A stretch of DNA of 64,000 nt from a virus (lineage: Duplodnaviria > Caudoviricetes), in IMG/VR virus record IMGVR_UViG_3300028797_002495, positions 17,756 to 81,755 of that record; one strand, written 5' to 3'. This document shows positions 10,215-19,594 of the stretch, piece after piece (position 1 is the first letter of the stretch; each line of letters starts with the position of its first letter). Made by a program: the position numbers and the translations under genes. The notes under the pieces were generated by a model. That model worked only from the letters and a program-made list of their open reading frames with translations. It was not told the DNA's origin and did not search any database.

Positions 10215-11180
10215 ATGCCATTTTATAGATGTATGCCTAGAAGTTCAGGAAACAATGGCGACCATTGTGGACATATAACTATTAATTATATTAATGAACA
10301 ATATGAAGTTCCATTATTTTCAAATGTACCAATATATAATATGTCTATGGGAGAGTGTGAAGATAATGTTACATTTAATTGCCCCATCAATATAGGAAGC
10401 GCAATGAAAAGTGCTGAAAACTTATTACAATATTATAATAATTTTAATTCATATATAAATATGCAAAATGCAGATAATTTAAGGTCTGTAGCAAATATGA
10501 TTTATTTATGTAATAATTATAATCAACCCACAATTTTTCCTAAAAATATATATAATTATTATATGTCGCTTAGACGTTGTAGAACATATAATCAACCCAC
10601 AGAAATATTCATAAATTGTCCAGATTCAGCAGAAGCTAATTTGGCAGGAATGTTTATGGAATCAAGTTCTATAAATTCTAAAATTACTATATCTTTACAA
10701 TCTGAAAATTCAAGGAATTGTGATTATACTTCTTTTTTATATGGAGCAAGCTCATTTAATCAGCCGTTAATTTTAAAAGGTGTTACTGGATTAAATTTTA
10801 CATTAAATAGCGCAAACAATATGAATTGCCCCATAGTAGTTGATTTTTCAACAAAATATCCAAATTTAACAACTGGTAATAATACTCTTTGGGGGGCAAG
10901 AGTTGATAATATAATTGTATTAAATTATGTTAATCAAGCGATAAAGTGGGATGGAACTCTTCAAGATGTAACATTCTATGTAAATGATCCATACACGTTT
11001 GTAAATAGATGTACTAGATTATATAGACAGGGAGTGGATAAATATAGTTATATTCCAATAGAAAATGGATTGCAAGCGGATGTAAGGTACAATATTAGAG
11101 TTTTATATAATGTTTCAGATGGATTAAATTATTTCAACAATGTTTGGCATAGTTACTACAACGAATATCCTGAATATTAA
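10215..11180 (+). CDS. Asn-rich repeat protein, MPFYR paralog 2
   Basis: Same N- and C-terminal motifs and FNxP repeats as 9232..10203. Confidence 0.6.
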   Translation: MPFYRCMPRSSGNNGDHCGHITINYINEQYEVPLFSNVPIYNMSMGECEDNVTFNCPINIGSAMKSAENLLQYYNNFNSYINMQNADNLRSVANMIYLCNNYNQPTIFPKNIYNYYMSLRRCRTYNQPTEIFINCPDSAEANLAGMFMESSSINSKITISLQSENSRNCDYTSFLYGASSFNQPLILKGVTGLNFTLNSANNMNCPIVVDFSTKYPNLTTGNNTLWGARVDNIIVLNYVNQAIKWDGTLQDVTFYVNDPYTFVNRCTRLYRQGVDKYSYIPIENGLQADVRYNIRVLYNVSDGLNYFNNVWHSYYNEYPEY

Positions 11181-11207
11181 GAGGGCGAATAAAATCGCCC
11201 TCTTTTT
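11179..11207 (+). terminator. Rho-independent terminator inside the tail cluster
   Basis: AAGAGGGCGA-ATAAAA-TCGCCCTCTT followed by a T run, right after the stop at 11180. Confidence 0.8.
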
Positions 11208-11319
11208 ATAAAATTGATATATCTGTGTTCGTATTGAGGTGATTATGGATTTTATACATTAATAATTATTTAGATTTGGCATATAAAAAGATATTTTTTA
11301 TATATTTAGGAGAAAATAT

Positions 11320-11718
11320 ATGAGTTACATAAAACATTTTGTGCCGACCTATGAAAATGGTTGGCAGAGTTCTCCCGCAACTACTACTCCAATATCGGCA
11401 ACTGCTTTAAATAATTATGATGATGCAATTGAATATATTGAAGATTATTTAGAAGATGCGGAATTGTTAGATAAAGAAGCTGCTGATGAGATTTATATAC
11501 AAAATAAATCTTTTTCATTAACTAAAGTGTTAAGTACTGCTACTGATACAACCTACACTTTTAGTAACAATGCAATTACTGTTGACAGTACTATTGATGT
11601 GTACACGAGTATAAATATGAATTATAAATCTATGAATATTAGTGCTGGAGAATGTATTGTTGTATATCCCAAACAAGACGAAGCAGTTTCTATGACATGT
11701 AAAATTTATATTAAATAA
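11320..11718 (+). CDS. Small protein carrying the same C-terminal domain as the 818-aa fibre
   Basis: TTYTFSNNAITVDSTIDVY...YPKQDEAVSMTCKIYIK vs TTYTFTDARITSNSVIDVY...FPKQDSAQSMTCRIYIK. Confidence 0.7.
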   Translation: MSYIKHFVPTYENGWQSSPATTTPISATALNNYDDAIEYIEDYLEDAELLDKEAADEIYIQNKSFSLTKVLSTATDTTYTFSNNAITVDSTIDVYTSINMNYKSMNISAGECIVVYPKQDEAVSMTCKIYIK

Positions 11719-11732
11719 CGGAGGAAATAATC

Positions 11733-12818
11733 ATGCCATTTTATAGAAGCACCTTACAAGACACCAGTGGAGGTGGGGGTGGAGGAGGCGATGTTTGGGG
11801 AAGTATATATGTTAAATACGAAAGCATAGATGATTATTTTACCCAAAATCCTCCACAAATATCTTTAGGAAATAATAGAATATTTGCTTCATTGAACAAC
11901 ATAGAAAATGCAAGCGCACTAACAGAAATAAAATTTGGAAATGGAGTTAATGCGATTTCTAGTGTTTTTTATGGATATTCATATTTTAATTGTCCTATTA
12001 ATTTATTTAATACTTTTTCATTGACTTATGCAATATCTTGTGTGGGAAATTGTTTTAATTATAATTCACAAATTGAATTTCCCAATTTTATACAATGCCC
12101 TCCACATACGCAATATTCTAGTTATGTCAATATAGCGTATAACTGGATATTTGCAAATTGTAATAATTATAATCAGCCCACGACAATTAGAATTCATGCT
12201 CGTCCCGGAGACGACTCTTCTGATCTATATGGATATTTTGATGATGTGTTTTATAATTGTAAAAATTTAAATTCTAAAATTATTTTTGATATATTTAAAT
12301 ATAATTATAACAATGAAATCTCAGATACTGAGATTCTTAATCATTCATTGTCTGATTTTTTTTGTGGGTGTTCAAATTTTAATCAACCCATGATATTTTA
12401 TCCGGGAGCTAGTTTATATCGAACATTTTCTGGGTGTCATAATTATAATCAGCCAGTAGTATGCGATTTTAGGAATAGTTATTTTGAGAGAATGTTTGAT
12501 GGTGCAAATAATATGAGTTCAGATATTATATTCTTACATTCGAATGATGAACAGTTATACTATCCTACGTTTAATGGAATGATTAGTAATATGAGTAGGG
12601 GAAATTCAATAAATATATATATATATAATATGACGAATATTAAGCAAGATAATATTGTAGCTAATGTTTCAGTCGTTCCTACTTGGACTGCTGTAACCAA
12701 CGGCTTTTATAATTCAACATATAATATTTATCTATTAAATAATGTTGAAGACGCTTTAAATAATTTTAATAATTATTATCATAATTTTTATGGGGAATAC
12801 CCTATATTTTTTGATTAA
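11733..12818 (+). CDS. Asn-rich repeat protein, MPFYR paralog 3
   Basis: MPFYR plus Gly linker, YNQP/FNQP repeats, C-terminal LNNVEDALNNFNN...GEYP. Confidence 0.6.
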   Translation: MPFYRSTLQDTSGGGGGGGDVWGSIYVKYESIDDYFTQNPPQISLGNNRIFASLNNIENASALTEIKFGNGVNAISSVFYGYSYFNCPINLFNTFSLTYAISCVGNCFNYNSQIEFPNFIQCPPHTQYSSYVNIAYNWIFANCNNYNQPTTIRIHARPGDDSSDLYGYFDDVFYNCKNLNSKIIFDIFKYNYNNEISDTEILNHSLSDFFCGCSNFNQPMIFYPGASLYRTFSGCHNYNQPVVCDFRNSYFERMFDGANNMSSDIIFLHSNDEQLYYPTFNGMISNMSRGNSINIYIYNMTNIKQDNIVANVSVVPTWTAVTNGFYNSTYNIYLLNNVEDALNNFNNYYHNFYGEYPIFFD

Positions 12819-12830
12819 AGGAGAAAAAGG

Positions 12831-13328
12831 ATGAAAATAACGGTAGGTATACCAGCTTATAAAGCAAAAGGACATATAGAAAATTGTTTATCTTCAATAC
12901 AGATACAGACAATAAGAGATGAAGTTGAAGTAATAATTGCTTCAGATTTTCCTGAAGATAATTATGAATATCTTAAAAATCTCTTTCCTGATTTAAATAT
13001 TACAATACTTGAATGTGAAGAAAATACTGGTCCAGGATTGGCAAGACAGAGAGCGCTTGACGCTTGCAAAACAGATTGGATTACATTTATTGATGCCGAT
13101 GATTTATTTTATACTCCATTTGCCTTAGAGACATTAGGAGGAGCAATCACTCCAGATTCAGTTGTTGTTCAAGGAGTTTTCTTACAAGAAGTTGATCCTA
13201 ATCCACAAAAGATTAGAACTGTTCCTATAGACAATAAAAATCATCCATGGGTATTTGGAAGATTATATAATAAGAAATTTTTAGATGCTAATGAGATTGG
13301 TTTTTCTGAATTGAGAGCTATGGAGGAT
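12831..13328 (+). CDS. GT-A (family 2-like) glycosyltransferase, exon 1
   Basis: ITVGIPAYKA, GPGLARQRALD, WITFIDADD (DxD), HPWVFGRLY; the reading frame stops right after AMED at the intron boundary. Confidence 0.9.
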
Positions 13329-14247
13329 TGACTATTTACTAGTCCTCCCTAAACGATGTGAACGCTAACCAGCGGTGTGCGTAGATTAAAATTAATAACT
13401 ACGTGCTAACGGCGAAACTCTAGACCAGACAACGCCGTGCTAAGACTTTTCATCAATATAGTTATTCGAGGTGATAATGACTGGAATATACTGTATTGAA
13501 AACACTTTAAATCATAATAAATATATTGGACTATCTACTCAAATAGAAATTAGATGGCAAAATCATAAAAGATTATTAAAGCGAGGTAAGCATGAAAATG
13601 TTCATCTCCAAAATGCTTATAATAAATACGGAGACGTATTTATTTTTTATGTTATAGAAGAATGTAAACAAGAAGAACTTAATGAGCGAGAAAAGTATTG
13701 GATAAAATTTTATGATACTAAAAACCACGGCTACAACGAATCAGAAGGTGGCGGTGGTATTTTTAATCCTACAGATGACGTTAGAAGAAAAATATCTGAA
13801 GGATTAAAAGGCGAAAAGAATGGAATGTATGGAGTGCATCTTTGTGGGGAATTAAATCCTAATTATGGAAAACATCATTCTAAAGAAACTAGAAAAAAAA
13901 TATCTGAACAAACAAAAAAGAGGATAGGAGAAAAAAGTAGTAGAGCAAGAAAAGTTCAAGCTTCAACTGGCGAAATTTTTAATGTAATGTTAGAGGCGGC
14001 TAAATGGGCTAATCTTAAAGATATTTCATCTATAGGCAAGGCTTGTAGAGGAATTGCAAAAACAGCTGGAAAACATCCTATTACTGGAGAAAAGATTAAA
14101 TGGAAATATATTGATGAAAAGTAAAGTGTAACGACTATCCCCGATGAATGTAAGGGAGTAGAATGTCTATTGGTACGACATTCGAAGTGCATCGCTACGA
14201 AAGTAGATGAAATAGTCTATTCCTTATGGGGACATAAGGTATTAAAG
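13329..14247 (+). mobile_element. Group I self-splicing intron (IA-like) in the glycosyltransferase
   Basis: 5' exon GGAGGAU pairs with IGS GUCCUCC (U-G at the splice site); Q GCCGUGCUAAG, R GUAACGACUAU, S AAUAGUCU; P9 CCUUAUG/CAUAAGG; terminal G at 14247; splicing restores ...AMED-GEFNW... in frame. Confidence 0.92.
13471..14124 (+). CDS. Intron-encoded GIY-YIG homing endonuclease with NUMOD3/NUMOD1-type DNA-binding repeats (likely start ATG 13477)
   Basis: TGIYCIEN...KYIGLS, HSKETRKKISE, SIGKACRG...AGKH motifs; lies in the P6 loop region of the intron. Confidence 0.92.
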   Translation: MIMTGIYCIENTLNHNKYIGLSTQIEIRWQNHKRLLKRGKHENVHLQNAYNKYGDVFIFYVIEECKQEELNEREKYWIKFYDTKNHGYNESEGGGGIFNPTDDVRRKISEGLKGEKNGMYGVHLCGELNPNYGKHHSKETRKKISEQTKKRIGEKSSRARKVQASTGEIFNVMLEAAKWANLKDISSIGKACRGIAKTAGKHPITGEKIKWKYIDEK

Positions 14248-14841
14248 GGTGAATTTAACTGGAAGATACGTATGACAATTGAGGGAACTCCTCTAAAAAT
14301 ATCTTTTATAGAAAATCCAGTTTATGTTTGGAAAATAGGTTCAGAACATAGTATTACAAGAACTGGAAAAGATGATAAAGGAATTCCTCAGTATAACTTC
14401 GATCTTTGTCAGGTTGGTGCTACTATCGCTTCTATACGTGCAGCGAAATTCTGCAAACAAAAGAATCCATTTAACGGTGGAATTGATAGATTTATTACAG
14501 AAATGATGGTTGATAAATATTTTACATATGTCGAGTGTGTAGATAAAAAACCTATATTTGCTGAACAGAATTTGTTTAATGCAAAGAGATTTTATCATGA
14601 ATGCTATAAAGAAATTGAACCAAAGATTAGTGATAAGATTCTTAAAGATATGTATACAATGCAGAGAGGTCTTCATGCCAATGAATTATTAGGGATTATT
14701 CCTGATATTTCTTTCTTTGAATTTATGGACAAAGTTAGAAATGATGAATATGGTGGCGAAGAAGAACTTAAAGCAATTAGAGCAAAACTTCCTCAAGATA
14801 TTATAGATAATGATATTAAGACGGGGGTTGCTATATTTTAA
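14248..14841 (+). CDS. Glycosyltransferase exon 2 (spliced product 363 aa)
   Basis: Starts GGT GAA TTT AAC TGG right after the intron terminal G; ED-x-x-FN is the conserved GT-A motif; PVYVWK..SEHSITR follows. Confidence 0.88.
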   Translation, partial: GEFNWKIRMTIEGTPLKISFIENPVYVWKIGSEHSITRTGKDDKGIPQYNFDLCQVGATIASIRAAKFCKQKNPFNGGIDRFITEMMVDKYFTYVECVDKKPIFAEQNLFNAKRFYHECYKEIEPKISDKILKDMYTMQRGLHANELLGIIPDISFFEFMDKVRNDEYGGEEELKAIRAKLPQDIIDNDIKTGVAIF

Positions 14842-14853
14842 TTAGGAGGCACT

Positions 14854-15660
14854 ATGGATTACGAAAAAGAGTATTCTTTTTGTGGAGCGTTGCCATCTCC
14901 TGATGATGAAAGGGATTATAAATTAGATAGTTTAATTATGAGAGCAATACAACTACCTGAAGAATATATTGTTCCGATTCCTGCGATTATTGCAGATCAG
15001 AAAAACGTAGGTAGCTGCGTAGCTTCAACTATCGCACAAATAAAACATTCTCAAGAATTTGAAGAATTAGGCGACACTGAAATGTTTAGTGCCGCCTATA
15101 TTTATGCAAATCGCAAAGATACAGATTATCAAGGGTCGGGAATGTATCCTAGAGAAGCGTTACAAAATCTTGTAGAAGACGGTATTTGTCACCAAAAAGA
15201 TTTTCAAGGATATGACAAATATGAATATGCTGATTTAAAAGCACAGTATCTTTCGCAAAAGGATAAATTAGATAAAATTGCAAAGCCGTATAGGATTGCA
15301 TCTTATTACAGATTGAATGATTTGGAAGATATTAAAATCGCTCTAACAACTGTGGGATATGTGCAAGTTTGTTATCCAGTTTATAAGTGCCTTTATAATC
15401 CAGATAAAAATGGGATGGTTAAATATAACAAGCTATCTCACGGAAAGAATTATGGCGGTCATAGTATGACTTGCGTTGGATATTCAGACAAGAAGCAGGC
15501 GTTGGCGATTGTTAATTCTTGGGGGAAAGATTACGGCACTTCTATTGAGGGAGTTGCCGATGGTGGCTGTATTTGGATTCCGTATGATTACGAATTTACA
15601 GAAGCTTGGGCTTTAGTTGATGCGACCACTCAAAAAGAACTTTTAAGATTGTTTAATTAA
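14854..15660 (+). CDS. Papain-like (C1 family) cysteine peptidase
   Basis: DQKNVGSCVAS (Gln/Cys), GGHSMTCVGY (His), IVNSWG (Asn). Confidence 0.9.
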   Translation: MDYEKEYSFCGALPSPDDERDYKLDSLIMRAIQLPEEYIVPIPAIIADQKNVGSCVASTIAQIKHSQEFEELGDTEMFSAAYIYANRKDTDYQGSGMYPREALQNLVEDGICHQKDFQGYDKYEYADLKAQYLSQKDKLDKIAKPYRIASYYRLNDLEDIKIALTTVGYVQVCYPVYKCLYNPDKNGMVKYNKLSHGKNYGGHSMTCVGYSDKKQALAIVNSWGKDYGTSIEGVADGGCIWIPYDYEFTEAWALVDATTQKELLRLFN

Positions 15661-15668
15661 AGGAAGGA

Positions 15669-15893
15669 ATGATTATGTATTGGATAGACGGAACTCTTAA
15701 GCAGGTTATGTTTATTGCTGATTCAGCAAGCGACGTTAACAATCTTCCTACAATGACAACCGAAGGAACGCAACAGGGCGTAGACAACGTTTCTAACAAC
15801 AAGGTTGCTATGGGATCAAAATGTTTAATTATACCAACTGGAGAGGTATATATTCTTAATTCTTCTAACCAATGGGTTAAGATAGGAGGATAA
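15669..15893 (+). CDS. Small hypothetical structural protein
   Basis: ORF with RBS; FIADSASDVNNLPT...GEVYILNSSNQW. Confidence 0.55.
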   Translation: MIMYWIDGTLKQVMFIADSASDVNNLPTMTTEGTQQGVDNVSNNKVAMGSKCLIIPTGEVYILNSSNQWVKIGG

Positions 15894-15894
15894 T

Positions 15895-17364
15895 ATGGCT
15901 TTAGATATTATTTCTTATGCCCTTTCTATGGGCTATACTGACGAAACCGTTATTGGTGGAGGAGCCATTAAAGGTAAGAACTGTACTATAGATAGTATCG
16001 ATGATATACCTAACGGCAAAAGAATAACTTTCTTGTGGACTTTAGACGATGGTTCAACAAGAACCACCACAATGGATGTCCTTAACGGAGAAAAGGGCGA
16101 TGCTGGCGTTCAGGGTCAGACCGGAGCCAAGGGCGATAAGGGAGACAAGGGCGATAAAGGCGAACAAGGAATACAGGGACAAAAGGGAGACAAAGGAGAT
16201 GTTGGTGCTCAAGGATTAACTGGGGCACAAGGAATACAAGGAATACAGGGCGTTAAAGGCGATAAGGGCGATGACGGATATCCATTCTTAATTTATAAAC
16301 AGTACGACACTATTAGTGAGTTTGACGCATCAGACTTCCCAGAAATAGGGCTGATGTTTATGGTTATGACTTTTATAGAGGATATGGGCTATCCGATTTA
16401 TCGTTATACTGGCGTAGGAACACCGCCCTACTCTCTTATTACTTATATGAATACTGAAGGAATTAAGGGAGATAAAGGGGATAAGGGTGATACTGGAGCA
16501 CAAGGTATTCAAGGAGAACAAGGCGAAACTGGTCTTGGAATAAAGAGCGTTGATATTGATGCTAATAATCACCTTATTATTACATACACAGATAACGAAA
16601 CCGAAGATGCTGGCGTGATATATGGAGACGCTTCTCTTGTTGCGAGTGTGACTGCAAACGCTTCTGTTGGAGCAATATCAAGCGGAACCACGATTACGGC
16701 AGGAACTTCATTTACTGATTTCGTAAGAAAGTTGCTCATTTCTGAACTTGCTCCTACTATAGGTTTCTCTATTAGTAAGAGCGGAAATGTTGTGTATGGA
16801 AGTTCTTATACAGAAACTCTTACAGTTAATGTTTCTAATATGGGAACTGCAAAAAAGATCAAGAGTATTGCTTGGTATCAGGATAATACGTTGTTAAGAA
16901 CTGATACTATAGACAGCACAACGACTGGCTCTTGGACATATACAATGGGTAGTGCCACAACAAGTACGACCACATTTAAGGCTATTATAACCTATACAAA
17001 GTCGGACGATATTGATACTACTTCAACAAAAACTGCAAGCATTAATTTCTACTATAACAAGTTCTATGGTGCGGTTAGCGATGTTAATCCTAGTGAGGCA
17101 ACGGTCGAAGCCCTTACCTCTGCTCTTGGCACTGCAAAGGGTGGCACGTATTCATTTACTGTTACGGCAGGCAGAATATGTTATGCATATCCTAAGAGTC
17201 TTGGTGCTCTTGCAAGTATTAAGGACGGTAACGGATTCAGCTTATTTGATTCATTCACAAGAACAGAACAGACATATACGCAAAATGGAACAAGTGTTGT
17301 TTATTACAGATACGTACTTACAGATGCGACCACGGTTAGTGGCTATAGCGTAACGTTTGCATAA
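15895..17364 (+). CDS. Collagen-like fibre protein
   Basis: Two Gly-X-Y tracts (GDKGDKGDKGEQGIQG) and a Thr/Ser-rich C-terminal domain. Confidence 0.85.
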   Translation: MALDIISYALSMGYTDETVIGGGAIKGKNCTIDSIDDIPNGKRITFLWTLDDGSTRTTTMDVLNGEKGDAGVQGQTGAKGDKGDKGDKGEQGIQGQKGDKGDVGAQGLTGAQGIQGIQGVKGDKGDDGYPFLIYKQYDTISEFDASDFPEIGLMFMVMTFIEDMGYPIYRYTGVGTPPYSLITYMNTEGIKGDKGDKGDTGAQGIQGEQGETGLGIKSVDIDANNHLIITYTDNETEDAGVIYGDASLVASVTANASVGAISSGTTITAGTSFTDFVRKLLISELAPTIGFSISKSGNVVYGSSYTETLTVNVSNMGTAKKIKSIAWYQDNTLLRTDTIDSTTTGSWTYTMGSATTSTTTFKAIITYTKSDDIDTTSTKTASINFYYNKFYGAVSDVNPSEATVEALTSALGTAKGGTYSFTVTAGRICYAYPKSLGALASIKDGNGFSLFDSFTRTEQTYTQNGTSVVYYRYVLTDATTVSGYSVTFA

Positions 17365-17378
17365 GGAGGTGATTTAAT

Positions 17379-18542
17379 ATGGCAATTAATGTAGCGGATA
17401 ATTTTAGTTACAAAGGCAGTAAGCCTCTTGATGCAAGAATTAAAGCAAATACAGTTTCAGATTTAGTAAGCACTCCCGCCGCTGATTTATATGACGGATG
17501 CTTTGCTTATGTAACGGGAACAAAGAAATATTATAGTTATGATTCTACAAATACATCAGATCCCACTCTTGGCAAATGGCGTGAGTTTCAGCAAGGTGGA
17601 GGAGGCGGCGGCTCTCTCCCATCTGGTGGAACAACAGGACAATCACTTGTTAAACATTCTGATTCCGATGACGATGTTGAATGGTTTGATGTGACAAAAG
17701 AAATAAGTCTTGATGATTTCAATAATCTTACTCAAGAAGAAAAAGATAATGGTACATCATATTATATTCCCGATGCTACCGTTGTATCTAATCTTACTGT
17801 AATGGGTAATAGATTTGATAAGGCTAATATTTATACTACTGATGAAAGAGTTGTTGGCTCGTTTTTAGGAAAGCCTCTTTATCAAAAGACTATTACGGGA
17901 TTAAAATTTCCGGCATCAATAACCGATGGAGAAGCGAAATCAAAATCGTATTATCTTGGCAATGATTTGGGAATCGAAAATGTTGAGACTGTTACATATT
18001 ATACTGGTATATATTCTGAAAACACTATTCCAATGATTTGGTTTAGAAATAGTTCTTTATATTGTAGAAGAATAGCTTTTCAAAAAATAGTAGATGATAT
18101 GTATATAACAACATCGTCAAATAGAGATAGCGATTCTGATCAAACTATAGATTCTATTACTATCCAATACACCAAATCAACCGACACCACGGTTAACATA
18201 GGTACAGGGAATGACTATTCTACTGATGAGCAGATAATTGGTACTTGGATTGACGGAAAGCCGTTGTATCAGAAGACTATAGATCTTGGGAACTTACCCA
18301 ATGCTACTACTAAACAAGTTAATACTGAAATCTCAAATGTAAAAAGATTGATAAACTATTCAGCAACTGCAACAGATAGTAACGGAGGTAATATTGCATT
18401 CCCTAGGCTATGGTTAGGCGGATCTGGTGACATGTATATAGGATTTGGATCAAATCTCTCAACTATTAATGTAGCTACTACATCTGACAGAAGCGGTATG
18501 ACTGGATATTGTACAGTTCAATACACCAAAACCACAGATTAA
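17379..18542 (+). CDS. Tail fibre-related protein with two copies of the YSTDE..GKPLYQK...QYTKTTD domain
   Basis: Internal tandem domain repeat visible in the translation. Confidence 0.65.
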   Translation: MAINVADNFSYKGSKPLDARIKANTVSDLVSTPAADLYDGCFAYVTGTKKYYSYDSTNTSDPTLGKWREFQQGGGGGGSLPSGGTTGQSLVKHSDSDDDVEWFDVTKEISLDDFNNLTQEEKDNGTSYYIPDATVVSNLTVMGNRFDKANIYTTDERVVGSFLGKPLYQKTITGLKFPASITDGEAKSKSYYLGNDLGIENVETVTYYTGIYSENTIPMIWFRNSSLYCRRIAFQKIVDDMYITTSSNRDSDSDQTIDSITIQYTKSTDTTVNIGTGNDYSTDEQIIGTWIDGKPLYQKTIDLGNLPNATTKQVNTEISNVKRLINYSATATDSNGGNIAFPRLWLGGSGDMYIGFGSNLSTINVATTSDRSGMTGYCTVQYTKTTD

Positions 18543-18554
18543 GGAGGAAAGTTC

Positions 18555-19580
18555 ATGAGTACAATATATAAAAATGGTACATATTATGGTCAAATAGAAA
18601 CAATGTTTGGCTATACGCCTTTAGGAACTATTATCTCCTACTATGGTGAAACCGCTCCAAGATTTTATTTGGCATGCGATGGAACTATTTATAATAAAAC
18701 AGATTATCCAGAGCTTGCAGAGCATTTGTTATCTTTAACAAATCATTCTCAGTACGAAGTTTCTGGCGATAATACTAAGTTTAAAGTGCCAGACTTAAGA
18801 GGAGAATTTATTAGAGGTACTGGAACTAATTCACATATAGGTCAAGGGTCAGGTGAATCTGTAGGAGAACATCAGTCAGCGACAGACTTACAATATTTTG
18901 GATTTTACGAAGGCACGCTTTATGCTTCTGGAGAATATCCTACTAATTATGACGGTTTGCGACATAATGGTAAAAGATTAAATGTGAATAATTTGACAGG
19001 ATCTTATACTACAGTTGCAGAAAGTTCTTCTTTGTCTCAATTTGAAACAAATATTTATGCTCGCCCCACTAATACTTCAGTTCTTTATTGTATTTCTTAT
19101 AAAGACATATATACCAAACCTATAGAGGAAGATATGCCTCCTGCAGATATGGAAGAAGTGCTCTCCCCTCTTCCCTCTGTGATGTCTCGTAGAATGATAT
19201 ATAGCACGACTGAGCAGGTAATAGGTCAGTGGATAGACGGTAAGCCACTATATCAAAAGGTCGTACAACTTACCAATCAGCAATTTGGTGATGTGAATAC
19301 AACTAAATATTTCAATTTAATGGATGCGACTGATTTATCTATAGTATCTATGAAAGCAACAATATCTTTTGTTATGGGTGGGGCAACATATATGCTTAAT
19401 GTAGATTCTACCTTATTTAATGATGCCGGCACATTAAATTCTTTAAGAACGATAGTAGCATATGATACCTCAACGAAGAAAGTAAGACTGAAAACCATTC
19501 AATCTATAACCGGTACAGTTGAAAATATACCTATAAATGATATTACTGCGATTATTCAATACACAAAAACCACTGATTAA
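18555..19580 (+). CDS. Phage tail-collar domain protein plus one copy of the same repeat domain
   Basis: TPLGTIISYYGETAPRFYLACDG...YPEL...FKVPDLRGEFIRG is the tail collar motif. Confidence 0.85.
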   Translation: MSTIYKNGTYYGQIETMFGYTPLGTIISYYGETAPRFYLACDGTIYNKTDYPELAEHLLSLTNHSQYEVSGDNTKFKVPDLRGEFIRGTGTNSHIGQGSGESVGEHQSATDLQYFGFYEGTLYASGEYPTNYDGLRHNGKRLNVNNLTGSYTTVAESSSLSQFETNIYARPTNTSVLYCISYKDIYTKPIEEDMPPADMEEVLSPLPSVMSRRMIYSTTEQVIGQWIDGKPLYQKVVQLTNQQFGDVNTTKYFNLMDATDLSIVSMKATISFVMGGATYMLNVDSTLFNDAGTLNSLRTIVAYDTSTKKVRLKTIQSITGTVENIPINDITAIIQYTKTTD

Positions 19581-19594
19581 GGAGGAACATATAA

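Noticed and set aside
9232-12818. Diversity-generating retroelement acting on the AAY-rich MPFYR genes
   Set aside because: No reverse transcriptase in the window and no near-identical TR/VR pair differing only at adenines; the paralogs differ at all bases. A DGR elsewhere in the genome is not excluded.
14170-14247. N-terminal 26 codons of ORF 14170..14841 as real protein
   Set aside because: These bases are the intron P7-P9 core; coding resumes at 14248.
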